A stretch of DNA of 64,000 nt from an uncultured Bacteroidota bacterium (GTDB lineage Bacteria > CLD3 > SB21): the NCBI GenBank assembly GCA_964602985.1, contig CAZRTJ010000003.1:34293-98292 (forward strand). Reading direction: 5' to 3'. Numbering within the stretch: the first letter of the stretch is position 1; every line of letters starts with the position of its first letter. Below, one piece after another: positions 47,188 to 57,042 of this stretch. The position numbers and the translations under genes were made by a program. The notes under the pieces were generated by a model. That model saw only the letters and a program-made list of their open reading frames with translations, was not told the origin of the DNA and did not search any database.

Positions 47188-48605
47188 CGCTCCTTTTCCT
47201 CCTGGAGATTGATCTCCAGTTCCTTGAGTTTCAGTTGCAGATACTGTCGCTTCATCCCCAGCTTGACCGCGGTTTGCGAAATATTCCACTCGTTGGCCTT
47301 CAGGGCTTCCAGAATAAAATCCCGCTCAAAGGAACGCACCACACGCTGTTTCGCGTCCTGAAACGTCACGTCTCCCTGATGGAGAATTTCTTTCACGCCA
47401 TAACTTCGAGGCGAATCGTTATTGCGGATCTCACGGGGAAGGACGTCCGCTCCGATCTCCTCCGTCGAGGTCAGTACGACACATCGCTCGACGAGATTGA
47501 TCAACTCACGTACGTTACCGGGCCACGTGTAGTCCATCATCGCTTTCATCGCTTCCGGCGCAAAATGCCTGACGTCCGCATGGTGCTTCTTCGAAAAGGC
47601 GTTCAAGTAATGCTCCGCCAGAATACGAATATCGCCCTCGCGGTCCCGCAACGGCGGCACATGAATCTCGACCACATTGATCCGATAGTACAAGTCTTCG
47701 CGGAATCGTCCCTCACGAATTTCCTTTGCCAGATCCCGGTGCGTCGCGCTGAGAATCCGGACGTCGACATCGATGGAATCGCTCCCCCCGACGCGTTCCA
47801 GCCGCCGCTCCTGCAGCACGCGCAACACTTTGGCCTGCGTGTCCAGCGCCATATCGCCGATCTCGTCCAGGAACAAGGTCCCGGTGTGGGCCAGCTCGAA
47901 TCGCCCGGGACGGGAGGCCACGGCGCCGGTGAACGCTCCCTTCTCATGACCAAACAGTTCGCTCTCAATCAATTCGCGCGGGATGGCCGCGCAGTTGACG
48001 GAAACGAACGGACCGTCCTTGCGGGTACTTCTGTCGTGGATCGTTTTTGCGACCAATTCCTTGCCGGTACCGCTCTCGCCACGGATCAGAACCGTCACGT
48101 TGCTGCGGCTCACGCGGTCCACCAGCGAATACACGTCGCGCATGGATTGACTCTCTCCGACAAAATTTCCAAATCCCCGCGTCTCGTGCAGCGCCTCCCG
48201 CAATCGCACATTCTCGCGGGCCAGTTGGATCTGTGTCGCGGCGTGGCGAACCATCGCCCGAAGTTCGTCGATCTCAAATGGCTTCGACAGATAATCGTAG
48301 GCGCCGGCCTTCATCGCCTCGACCGCCAGGCGCTCGGACCCGTGAGCCGTGATGATGATGACGCTCGCCGGTGAATTCTGCTCTTTCAGCTTTCGCAAAA
48401 GGTCCATTCCACTCATGCCCGGCATGGTCACATCCGAAACGATGATGTCGTAACCGTGTTCTCCCATCAGCGCCAGCGCCGAGACGGCGTCTTCCGCCTC
48501 CGATATGCGATAGCCCTCCGGACGCAGGGCTTTCACCATGCCGTATCGCGCCGCCTTTTCATCGTCGACAATCAGCACTCGCAAATTTTCAACTGCCTCG
48601 TTCAT
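47184..48605 (-). CDS. Sigma-54-dependent response regulator (NtrC family: REC, AAA+, HTH)
   Basis: Receiver 'LIVDDEKAARYG...IIVSDVTMPGMSG'. 'VLIRGESGTGKELVAKTIH'. 'GAFTGA' sigma-54 contact motif. 'ESELFGHEKGAFTGA'. C-terminal Fis-type HTH 'NISQTAVKLGMKRQYL'. Confidence 0.9.
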   Translation of the reverse strand: MNEAVENLRVLIVDDEKAARYGMVKALRPEGYRISEAEDAVSALALMGEHGYDIIVSDVTMPGMSGMDLLRKLKEQNSPASVIIITAHGSERLAVEAMKAGAYDYLSKPFEIDELRAMVRHAATQIQLARENVRLREALHETRGFGNFVGESQSMRDVYSLVDRVSRSNVTVLIRGESGTGKELVAKTIHDRSTRKDGPFVSVNCAAIPRELIESELFGHEKGAFTGAVASRPGRFELAHTGTLFLDEIGDMALDTQAKVLRVLQERRLERVGGSDSIDVDVRILSATHRDLAKEIREGRFREDLYYRINVVEIHVPPLRDREGDIRILAEHYLNAFSKKHHADVRHFAPEAMKAMMDYTWPGNVRELINLVERCVVLTSTEEIGADVLPREIRNNDSPRSYGVKEILHQGDVTFQDAKQRVVRSFERDFILEALKANEWNISQTAVKLGMKRQYLQLKLKELEINLQEEKER

Positions 48606-50881
48606 GCGGTTGCTTTCTGGATCGGAATGTACATATCAAACGTCGTTCCCAATCCCTCGTGACTCTTCAGAACCAGTCGTCCCCCCAGGGCGACGATTTT
48701 TGACTTGACGATCGCCAGACCCAGTCCGGTACCGGAATGCTTCGTGGTGAAAAAGGGTTTAAAAATGTCCTGCAATTGATCTTTGGGAATTCCCGGTCCG
48801 GTGTCCGTGATGCAAATGCGCACGCAGTTCCCATCCGGCACATCGAGCGCTTCCTGTAACGCCACTTCGTGTATCGGGGTGGCCACCACGGGCTCGGCCT
48901 GCCACGGCAGGTACCCCGCATCCAGCGGATCCGGTTTCAACAGATCGCTGACCTGCACCGTCCCTGTCTCTTGCGCCGATCGTTCCACCTCCGCAAATTC
49001 GCACGCCGCCATTTCCACTCGCACGAGCAATCGCCCGCCGTCCGGCATCGCCTGGATCGCGTTGATGATAACGTTAAACAAAATCTCTTTCAAGTCGGTC
49101 TGGCTCGTACGCATCCACAGAGGGCGCGTTTGGAATCGGTGGTAGACGCTGACTCCGCGACTCCGGGCTTCGGGACGGAGAATGGTCAGGATCGCATCCA
49201 GCGTCCGACACACATCAAAGGAACCCGTGTCCGCCTTTTCCGGTTTCGCAAATCGCAACAACTGATCGACGACATGCGTCAAGCGGTTGATTTCTTCATT
49301 GATCACTTCCAGATCGTGAATCTCCTCCGCCGGCCCATGGTCGCGGGATTTCTCGTCGCGCATCGACTGCACAATGGATTTGATCGAACTCAGAGGATTC
49401 TTCACTTCATGCGCGATGCTGGTCGCCAGCAAACCCAGCGCCGACAGTTTGTCCGCTTCGAAGATACGGGTTTCCAGCTCGAGACGCCGCTGAACCAACT
49501 CAATGTTCTCAATGGCAATCGCGATCTGGTTGGTGACGGTCAGCAGCAATTCCTTCTCCTCAAACGAAAACGACTCATTGGTCGTTTTCTTGCCGATGCA
49601 CAATACCCCAACGAGTTCGGCATCGAGCAGGATGCCGACATACAGCTGATACGGTATTTCCTTCGCCTGCAGTTGCACGATGTTGACGCGTTTGGCTTCG
49701 TACAACCCCTCCTTCTCTTTCAGTTTTCTCGCTACCCTGTCCGCGTCCAACGGTCGGATATCCCCATAAGCGTGAACGATGTCATACGTTCGCCCCGTGT
49801 TGCTTTCCTTCGTCGTCAGGGTAAACATCCCGATGGCATCCACCTGCAGAGACTCCCGCAGGGACGTTTGTAGTACTTTCACGATTTCTGCAACGGTCGG
49901 CGCGCTGACGATCCGCTCGGTGAGCCGGCGCACCAGTCGCTGATAGGCGGAACGCTGATACAGCGCATAGTATCCGGCGACTCGTCGAATGGCAAATTTG
50001 ACAGGCTCATACAGGATGAAAAGAAACACAACCAGGAGAATGTCGAGCGTCTCTGCATTGATGTCCGGACGTTCCTCCGCCCATTTGCGCGCTGCACGCG
50101 AGGACAGCAGGTAGACGATAAAAAAACTGCCGCCGAGGATCACAAACAGTAGTCTGCGCCGCGCCATGATCGAGTAAAACGGATACTTGTACAACAAAAA
50201 GATCAATGCGAAGGTCGGCAAAATCGCCGTCAATCGAAGGAGACTCTTCAGCGTCTTGTCCAGCCGCACGTTGCCGGTTCCGCCGCCGAAATAGAAAAAC
50301 ACCACCAACGCAATGATGACGACCAAAATGCCGCTCTCGACCCTGAAAAACTGACGCCATCTCTCATTCCGCGTGGAACGGATAATCGCGACCGTGTACA
50401 CGAGTGACACCGCCAGACAAATGACCAGCCAAAACACAAACGCCGGGATCGCCGACCAGTTGTCGTCGATCACCCGACTGCGAGCGTCAACGATCGAGTA
50501 ATCTGCAAAAAACATCAGCACGAGGATGGGCAAATAGAAGACTGCCGGAAGCCACCTCCGCACGATCGAGCGTCGGTCCTGCACATAGTCCAGAAAAGCG
50601 GTGTGCACATGCACCACCAACGGCGGAACAAATCCCAACACGATGACCGAGTAGTAGCGAAGTTCGTTGAAGATCCAGAAGTACTCGCGACCCATCACTT
50701 CGCGTATGGCAAATCCCAGAAATTGCAGCCCATTGAACACCGTCATCACCAGGAGCAGCGCGGCGAAGACCCGTTCATGCCGCTGTGTGATCTGTCGGTG
50801 AAAAATTTCCACCAACAAAACCGCGTGCAAAACCGTCCCGATGAAAAAACCCAGCAGCAGAAGAATGTCAAAGCCAATCAT
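48602..50881 (-). CDS. Sensor histidine kinase with N-terminal 7TM-type membrane domain and GAF domain
   Basis: Seven or more N-terminal hydrophobic helices. GAF-like 'QVDAIGMFTLTTKES...LVGVLCIGKK'. H-box 'LATSIAHEVKNPLSSI'. G-boxes 'TDTGPGIP' and 'GTGLGLAIVK'. Start at the ATG overlapping the comEC stop (ATGA). Its stop overlaps the regulator start. Confidence 0.8.
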   Translation of the reverse strand: MIGFDILLLLGFFIGTVLHAVLLVEIFHRQITQRHERVFAALLLVMTVFNGLQFLGFAIREVMGREYFWIFNELRYYSVIVLGFVPPLVVHVHTAFLDYVQDRRSIVRRWLPAVFYLPILVLMFFADYSIVDARSRVIDDNWSAIPAFVFWLVICLAVSLVYTVAIIRSTRNERWRQFFRVESGILVVIIALVVFFYFGGGTGNVRLDKTLKSLLRLTAILPTFALIFLLYKYPFYSIMARRRLLFVILGGSFFIVYLLSSRAARKWAEERPDINAETLDILLVVFLFILYEPVKFAIRRVAGYYALYQRSAYQRLVRRLTERIVSAPTVAEIVKVLQTSLRESLQVDAIGMFTLTTKESNTGRTYDIVHAYGDIRPLDADRVARKLKEKEGLYEAKRVNIVQLQAKEIPYQLYVGILLDAELVGVLCIGKKTTNESFSFEEKELLLTVTNQIAIAIENIELVQRRLELETRIFEADKLSALGLLATSIAHEVKNPLSSIKSIVQSMRDEKSRDHGPAEEIHDLEVINEEINRLTHVVDQLLRFAKPEKADTGSFDVCRTLDAILTILRPEARSRGVSVYHRFQTRPLWMRTSQTDLKEILFNVIINAIQAMPDGGRLLVRVEMAACEFAEVERSAQETGTVQVSDLLKPDPLDAGYLPWQAEPVVATPIHEVALQEALDVPDGNCVRICITDTGPGIPKDQLQDIFKPFFTTKHSGTGLGLAIVKSKIVALGGRLVLKSHEGLGTTFDMYIPIQKATA

Positions 50882-53274
50882 AATTCGATCTTCCGAATCC
50901 GGCGGCCGTCCGACGCCAGCGTGACCGCACCTTCGCGATCGGTTCGACGAATCGTACAGCCGACTTCCCTCAACAGAACCAGCGTGGACGGAGACGGATG
51001 ACCGAAGGAATTGCGAGTCGCGCAAGAGATCACGCCGATCTCCGGACGCACGGCCGCGATCCACGGCGGCGGCGATCCGTTCCACGATCCGTGATGCGAC
51101 AGCTTCAACACATCCGAATCCAGGAAGGAACCATATACCTGCAGGGACTGAAGCGCCTCCACCTCCGCGTCGCCCGCAAACAGCCATCGCGTCTGACCGT
51201 GCTTCATCATAAACACCACGGAGGAATTGTTCGTACCAAAGAGCGTCTTCCTTGTGGAATCCGCAAAACCGGTTCGCGGTCCGAGAAAATATAGCCCCGT
51301 CTGCTCGTCAATACCAAAGAAATCGCCGGCACGCACCACCTGGGCGTTCCTTCCCTGACGACGGGAAATGGCCTGAATCGAATCGACCGCCGCAGATTCA
51401 TAATACTGACCCGCGTGAAACAGTCTTCCCACTTCAAATTCGCGGAGCAATGCGGGCGCTCCTCCAATGTGATCATCGTGTGGATGTGACAGCACGAGAA
51501 AATCGATCTTCGAATAGCCCTGTCGCCTCAGGAACGGCCCGACGACACGCTCTCCGTAATCCCATCCATCCCGTGCGTCTCCGGCATCGACGACGAGCAC
51601 GCGCCCGTCCGCTAATTGAATGACTGCGCAGTCGCCTTGCCCGACATCGAGGAATGTCGCGATCAGTTCGTGCGGGCGCTCCGGAATCCACGCCCACACG
51701 CACATCGCGGCCATGCCGATCATCACCGTCCATCGGCGTGCGACAGGCAAGCTCCATGCGCACGCACATGCCAGGAACCCATACAGTCCGGCCACCTGCC
51801 AGGCCGAACCGGTCCAGACGCGAACGTGACTGAGCGGAAGCTCCGATGCAGACCGTACCACCCACAACATCCCATCGACCAGAAGATCGTTCACTGCCGC
51901 ATACCACGACGCCAGCACAGGTGAAATCGGCAGGGCGATTTGTATCAATGCACCGACCGACAGGATTACGCCGGACATCGGTACGACCGCCACGTTGGCG
52001 ATGATCGACGTGATGGGCAACATGCCAAAATAGTGCAACGTCAGCGGAAGCGTACCCAACTGAGCCGAGATGGAAACAAACAACAACTGAAACGCGCCAC
52101 GGAACGGATTTCCCAATTTCTGCCACCGGGGAAACCATCGCGTCGCCAGCGATTCCACACGCGGATACAACAGCACGATCGACAGTACGGCCAGGAACGA
52201 CAATTGCAGTCCGAGGTTAAATGCTTCGAATGGATTCCAGAACAAGATCAATAGCAGCGCTGCAAACAACGAGTTCACCACATGTCCCCGTCGTTGAATC
52301 ACCCAGCCGATCAGCATCACCGTGGCCATAATGGCGGCGCGTGTGACGGATGGCAGAAAGTCCGCGATCCACACATAGAACCACAACCCCAGAACGGCCA
52401 ATACAAAGCGCGTCCGCCGCGGAACGCGCAGAAAGCCAAGAACACCCAGAATCATGCCGATGATGAACGCCGTGTGCAGTCCGCTGAGCGCCAGGATATG
52501 AATCGTCCCCGTCTCCGAAAAGCGTTGACGCACCTCATCCGGCACGTCATGGCGAATTCCCAATAACATCGCATTCACGATCGCCGCCCCATCCGGACTG
52601 AGCAACCGACGGTTCGTTTCATACAAGTGCGTGCGCAATTGCGAGACGAGCGTCTCCGGCAGAGATTGATCGCCATTTCTCCGATCACGGATCTGCACGG
52701 ATTCCGATACGCGCAGCATTGAGCCGATCCCTTGTCGGTCGAGAAAGCCGCGGTAATCAAACTCCCCCGGATTCCGCTGGGCGGGAGGCCGCGAGAGGAA
52801 TCCTGTGAGGGTCATCCGCTCCCCCAGGCGAATGTCCGGCACGCTCGCCGTCACCTGCGTGTGGCCCGTGACCGGAATCCAGATGTGTTGTGTCAGCCGG
52901 ATCGTGTCGACCGCAAGGACGAAACGCGACGTTTCATCATCCAAACGAGGTTCGGAAATCACCTGACCGATGATCTGAACCGGTGCGTCCAAATCCGCAA
53001 AATGACTCACATCCCGCGGATCGGCGTCCGGCAGAAACGGCATGCGAACCCAAAACAGGATGAAAATTCCCATCGGCGCCGCGAGGTGAATCCATACCGC
53101 CTTCCGGAAAAACACTCCGACAGAAAGGACCGCCAACACCAGCCCGGCGGCAATAACTTGAGACTGGGGATCTGATACCGCGGGAATTTGAAAGGACTCA
53201 AGGACGATGATGGAGAGAACAGCAAGAACACCTGTCCGGACGGCAGGAAATCGCCGAAACCCTTTATCGATCAT
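50878..53274 (-). CDS. comEC: ComEC/Rec2-family DNA internalisation channel protein with C-terminal metallo-beta-lactamase domain
   Basis: N-terminal DUF4131-like OB region. A polytopic competence domain. C-terminal 'ATFLDVGQGDCAVIQL...VVDAGD' and 'LVLSHPHDDHIGG' metallo-beta-lactamase motifs. Start chosen at the ATG overlapping the BatE-like stop. Confidence 0.85.
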   Translation of the reverse strand: MIDKGFRRFPAVRTGVLAVLSIIVLESFQIPAVSDPQSQVIAAGLVLAVLSVGVFFRKAVWIHLAAPMGIFILFWVRMPFLPDADPRDVSHFADLDAPVQIIGQVISEPRLDDETSRFVLAVDTIRLTQHIWIPVTGHTQVTASVPDIRLGERMTLTGFLSRPPAQRNPGEFDYRGFLDRQGIGSMLRVSESVQIRDRRNGDQSLPETLVSQLRTHLYETNRRLLSPDGAAIVNAMLLGIRHDVPDEVRQRFSETGTIHILALSGLHTAFIIGMILGVLGFLRVPRRTRFVLAVLGLWFYVWIADFLPSVTRAAIMATVMLIGWVIQRRGHVVNSLFAALLLILFWNPFEAFNLGLQLSFLAVLSIVLLYPRVESLATRWFPRWQKLGNPFRGAFQLLFVSISAQLGTLPLTLHYFGMLPITSIIANVAVVPMSGVILSVGALIQIALPISPVLASWYAAVNDLLVDGMLWVVRSASELPLSHVRVWTGSAWQVAGLYGFLACACAWSLPVARRWTVMIGMAAMCVWAWIPERPHELIATFLDVGQGDCAVIQLADGRVLVVDAGDARDGWDYGERVVGPFLRRQGYSKIDFLVLSHPHDDHIGGAPALLREFEVGRLFHAGQYYESAAVDSIQAISRRQGRNAQVVRAGDFFGIDEQTGLYFLGPRTGFADSTRKTLFGTNNSSVVFMMKHGQTRWLFAGDAEVEALQSLQVYGSFLDSDVLKLSHHGSWNGSPPPWIAAVRPEIGVISCATRNSFGHPSPSTLVLLREVGCTIRRTDREGAVTLASDGRRIRKIEL

Positions 53275-53981
53275 AACACTCCTGCGTCCGCCCAACGAAC
53301 CCACCCTGCGCGACCATCTGCGATTTCGATCTCGACCCACTCCTCCTGCGACGATCGGACAATACCCTGAGTCCCTTCATGCAGTGTCATGAGGACGGTC
53401 GCATCCGCTCGAGGATCCGCACGAAATTCTACAACCGGCCGAACCAGTACGGCTCGATGAACCCTTTGCTCATTCCACATCCGCACGCCGGCCCAGGAAA
53501 AAATGACCACCGCAACGAACACGGCGATCGCGCGAACCCACAGTGGCAATCGCCATCGCGTATGATGGATCGCCCATCCGACCCACAGCAGGCACCACAG
53601 GACGGCGGCAATCAGTTTCACAGCGGTCACATGCCACAGGTACATCCACGTTCGAATCGCCGCGATCCATTTCGGTGCGGGAGGCTCCTCGATGCGATCG
53701 ACGATCATCGAACGGCATACATCCAGATTGTTCCGAATGTCTTCGTCCATGGGATCGTATCGGAGCGCCTTCTCGTAGAAATAAATCGCCCATCCGAGTT
53801 TGCCTTGGCGGAAGGAGACCGTCCCCAGATTGTAGTATACATCGATCGACGGGGCGGACTCCGCGAGGTCCTCCAGTGTCTTTGCGGCTTGTTCGTACTC
53901 GCCCTTGTCATAGCTGGACAGACTCTGCTCCCACAAGCTGTCTGCCGACGCCCACATCATCCACACGCACAACATCATCAT
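53271..53981 (-). CDS. BatE-like protein (TPR repeats, 2 TM, SH3-like C-terminal domain)
   Basis: TPR units 'YDKGEYEQAAKTLEDL...YYNLGTVSFRQGKLGWAIYFYEKALRYDP'. Two TM helices. C-terminal 'ATVLMTLHEGTQGIVRSSQEEWVEIEIADGRAGWVRWADAGVL' SH3b-like. Architecture as in Bacteroides BatE. Confidence 0.5.
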   Translation of the reverse strand: MMMLCVWMMWASADSLWEQSLSSYDKGEYEQAAKTLEDLAESAPSIDVYYNLGTVSFRQGKLGWAIYFYEKALRYDPMDEDIRNNLDVCRSMIVDRIEEPPAPKWIAAIRTWMYLWHVTAVKLIAAVLWCLLWVGWAIHHTRWRLPLWVRAIAVFVAVVIFSWAGVRMWNEQRVHRAVLVRPVVEFRADPRADATVLMTLHEGTQGIVRSSQEEWVEIEIADGRAGWVRWADAGVL

Positions 53982-54099
53982 ATGAAACCCCTCATCATCG
54001 TCCTGGGCGCGTTGGTGTTTCCAGAGGCACCAAGATGGGCGCCGTTGCCGCCTTGGAAGAACACAGAAGAAACGGGTAATCCAATTGTGAGGCCGTTCA

Positions 54100-55911
54100 T
54101 CACAACCGATCCGCCTCGAGGATCAACTGCCGAACGTCCTGATGAATCCGCTCGGGAAAGAGTTCTGCGGAGCCCGGCGGGGCAAAACGCGCCATGTCGC
54201 ATCGTCGCATGCACTCCAGGTAGGACGCGATGAAGGATTCTCCGGCATTCCTTTCACGGAGCCGCTGTTCAATCAGGTCGCTCCGAACATCGGATCGATC
54301 CAGATTCAATTTGTCCATGAGGAACTGCGTCAGCAGAAAACCGATCTCTGCATAAAAGTGAACGTGATCGTGGCGACGCAAGAGATCTTCGGCTTCCCGG
54401 AGCCGCTTTTTGGCTTCCGGACTCGCGCGGTCGGAACGGTATCGCACAGTGTCGGATCGCAAACGCTCGCGTCGCCGGCGAGACAAAACCAAGGCCCATG
54501 CGGAAATCGGCGCAAGAATCGAAACCACGACAAGCGTGACATCGTTCACGGACGTGACGCGGGAAGACCGAACACGTCGAACAGGCCGGATATCCTGTCG
54601 CGTGATGTGCGCGTCCGCCGCAATCACCGCATGACCAGGCGTACACGTCAGACGTAGCGTGTCCGTCGTCTTGACCACGAATCGCCTGGACTCCGGATCA
54701 AAATACACAAATTCAAAAGGGGGGATGACAAAGGAGCCGACCGATTTGGGCACGGCTACCCATGAAAATGTCCTGCTTCCCGAAACTGTGGCCGCGTTCT
54801 TATTGGTGTGATCCTGAGTCTGGACGGGATATTTCTCAAACGCATCCGGAAATGGATTCGCCGGTTCTGTCAGTGCGCGAATATTTCCAGCGCCCGCGAT
54901 TTCGAGTCGACACGTGACCGCCTCGCCGACACGCACCGTCGACCGATCCACAGATGCCCGTACATCGAATTGGCCCACGGCATTTGCAAAACCATCCGGT
55001 CTGTTCGGCTCCGGCAGCGGCAGAATCGCCAGGGAAACCAACTCGCTTTGAAATTTCTCTCGAACGACTTCGCCAAATGGATCGCTGAATGGTGAAAACA
55101 AACTCTCGAACGGATCCTTTCTCTGTCGGCGCGGAATACGCAATTCACATTCAATCTCGGCCGGATCGACAACCAGTTCACCGGAACGCGTCGCAAACAA
55201 CGCCACTCGTTTGATCGTATAGGCGGTGAACGTGCCCCCTTGAAAGGTCTCCTGAACGCCTTCAAGCGGCTGTTTGAGTGGAAATTCTTCCACCCAGAAT
55301 CCGATAAAGTTGGGTGTCCGCAACGGGGAGTACTGCGTGACGTTCACCCGTGTAAAGATCTTGAAATCGACAAGGATCTGTTCGCCCACAAACGCCTCCC
55401 GCTTCGACGGGATGGCCGCAAACTGCACGTCCCCTGACACGTCTGCGGGGTTTTGACCAGAGATGCTTCCGGCCGGAACGACTTCCATGATCACCTGCGC
55501 CGTCTGATAGCGCTCTCCTGCGATCGTAATCTGGATCGGCGGTATGCGCCATCGCCCAGTCTTTCGCGCTCGAAACAGATATTCGAACGAACGCGATTCC
55601 GATCGACGTCCATTGATGATCTGAATGGAGGTCGACGTGCCAGGTTCGGGATAGGCCAGTTCCAATCCTTCCACTGTTTCGATGCGCGGTTTGTCCATCG
55701 ACTCCAGTGAGCGTCCACTCACCCGCACGGTTAGCGTGAACGTCTGTCCCATTTCCACCACGTTACGCTCCACCAACGCCTCGCAGGTAATCTGGGCGAC
55801 AAGAGAACGCGCCAGCAAAGCGCCGAACAACCAGAAAAGTCCGGTCATGTGTTTAGAAACTGTCATGCGTGTGCGAAAATAGTTGTGCAGGGTTTGTTTT
55901 TCAACTGCCAA
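54100..55911 (-). CDS. BatD-like protein (aerotolerance-operon protein D family)
   Basis: 603 aa with a signal or N-terminal TM, a long beta-rich extracytoplasmic domain, a single TM 'VTLVVVSILAPISAWALVLS', then a 'RRRRERLRSD...SPEAKKRLREAEDLLRRHD' cytoplasmic tail. Matches BatD topology and conserved tail. Confidence 0.6.
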   Translation of the reverse strand: MAVEKQTLHNYFRTRMTVSKHMTGLFWLFGALLARSLVAQITCEALVERNVVEMGQTFTLTVRVSGRSLESMDKPRIETVEGLELAYPEPGTSTSIQIINGRRSESRSFEYLFRARKTGRWRIPPIQITIAGERYQTAQVIMEVVPAGSISGQNPADVSGDVQFAAIPSKREAFVGEQILVDFKIFTRVNVTQYSPLRTPNFIGFWVEEFPLKQPLEGVQETFQGGTFTAYTIKRVALFATRSGELVVDPAEIECELRIPRRQRKDPFESLFSPFSDPFGEVVREKFQSELVSLAILPLPEPNRPDGFANAVGQFDVRASVDRSTVRVGEAVTCRLEIAGAGNIRALTEPANPFPDAFEKYPVQTQDHTNKNAATVSGSRTFSWVAVPKSVGSFVIPPFEFVYFDPESRRFVVKTTDTLRLTCTPGHAVIAADAHITRQDIRPVRRVRSSRVTSVNDVTLVVVSILAPISAWALVLSRRRRERLRSDTVRYRSDRASPEAKKRLREAEDLLRRHDHVHFYAEIGFLLTQFLMDKLNLDRSDVRSDLIEQRLRERNAGESFIASYLECMRRCDMARFAPPGSAELFPERIHQDVRQLILEADRL

Positions 55912-57042
55912 TCAGCGTGACTGCGCGTGCCACCAGGCGCACGCAAAGGCAAAGCGCGCGACATTCAGCAGGACGGCCGGATCCGTACGATCGGGAGTAT
56001 CGAATGGGGAGTGGTACGGCGCAGCGCCGTTGTAGGAATAAAAGAAAAAAGCGGGAAGACCCATTTGATTAAAATAGTACTGGTCGGAATTGGGCGAGTT
56101 GGGACGCGAGCCCAGCTCAAATCCAAACAGTTTATCGTTGATCCACCGAATCCGCGCATGTTCATCCGGAAAATCCTGGACGCCCTGCACCATGATTCCC
56201 TGACGACCGGATCCGACCAGATCGAGATTGATCAGGAGCCGAATCTGCCCGAGGTCCACCAGCGGATGCTCGACAAAGTGGCGCGACCCCAGCAGTCCCG
56301 CCTCCTCCCCACTGAACGCGATGAGTGCAACCGAAAGGCGTGTGTTCTTCAGGAGACGCGCCATTTCCATGAGAATGGATATCCCCGACGCATTGTCGTT
56401 GGCGCCGGCGTAAATGGTATCGACGTTCCTCCCCAAGTGATCCAGATGAGCCGTGATCACGACCACGCCCGAATTTGAATCCCTTCCGCGGCGCCACGCG
56501 ACGACATTTGCGGTTTCCAGACTGTCCGGGCCATTCTGTGGAATGAAGATTCGCTGACGCAACTCCCGTGACGACAGAGAGAAGCGCTGGAGATACCCGA
56601 CGCACAACGAGTCCCAGCCCTCGGCACGAAACCTCCCCGCGACGGACTCAGCCGCTCTCCAATAACCGGGCGTGCCGGTTGCGCGCCCCTCGTTCAGAGG
56701 AGACGCTATTTCCCGAACGTGACGAAGGAGGTTCGCCGACTCGATGGACGCCAGCCGCGTGTGAAAGTCCGTCGTGAAGATCGAATCCGGCGCGGCTCGT
56801 ACCACAAACACACTGTCCAGCGGCACACTTTGCCCATGCGCCCACCCGGAGATCAGAACAAAAAAAGCGGCCCGAAGGCCGCCCGTCAAGGAGGAAAGAA
56901 GATCAGAAGCGATAGCTAATGCCGACGAGAAAACGATTGGAATGAAGCTTTTCATCAGTTGCAAAATACACCCCGTTCTCGTCCGTGCCAAGTAAATTAT
57001 CCGTCGTCGACTGCTTCCACCAACCATGTTGGAATGCCGCAT
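55912..57042 (-). CDS. M28-family zinc aminopeptidase
   Basis: 'VVVITAHLDHLGRN...YAGANDNASGISILMEMARLL...LIAFSGEEAGLLGSRHF' covers the canonical M28 metal-ligand motifs (H/D, DNxSG, EE). The start is uncertain (possibly the internal Met at 56955). It overlaps the upstream OMP 3' end by 50-140 nt. Confidence 0.75.
   Translation of the reverse strand: MRHSNMVGGSSRRRIIYLARTRTGCILQLMKSFIPIVFSSALAIASDLLSSLTGGLRAAFFVLISGWAHGQSVPLDSVFVVRAAPDSIFTTDFHTRLASIESANLLRHVREIASPLNEGRATGTPGYWRAAESVAGRFRAEGWDSLCVGYLQRFSLSSRELRQRIFIPQNGPDSLETANVVAWRRGRDSNSGVVVITAHLDHLGRNVDTIYAGANDNASGISILMEMARLLKNTRLSVALIAFSGEEAGLLGSRHFVEHPLVDLGQIRLLINLDLVGSGRQGIMVQGVQDFPDEHARIRWINDKLFGFELGSRPNSPNSDQYYFNQMGLPAFFFYSYNGAAPYHSPFDTPDRTDPAVLLNVARFAFACAWWHAQSR

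Noticed and set aside
50878-51187. ORF-track 5' extension of the 7TM-GAF kinase (861-aa version)
   Set aside because: The extension would run 300 nt into comEC in another frame and is Gly/Arg-rich. The ATG overlapping the comEC stop yields a protein starting directly with the first TM helix.
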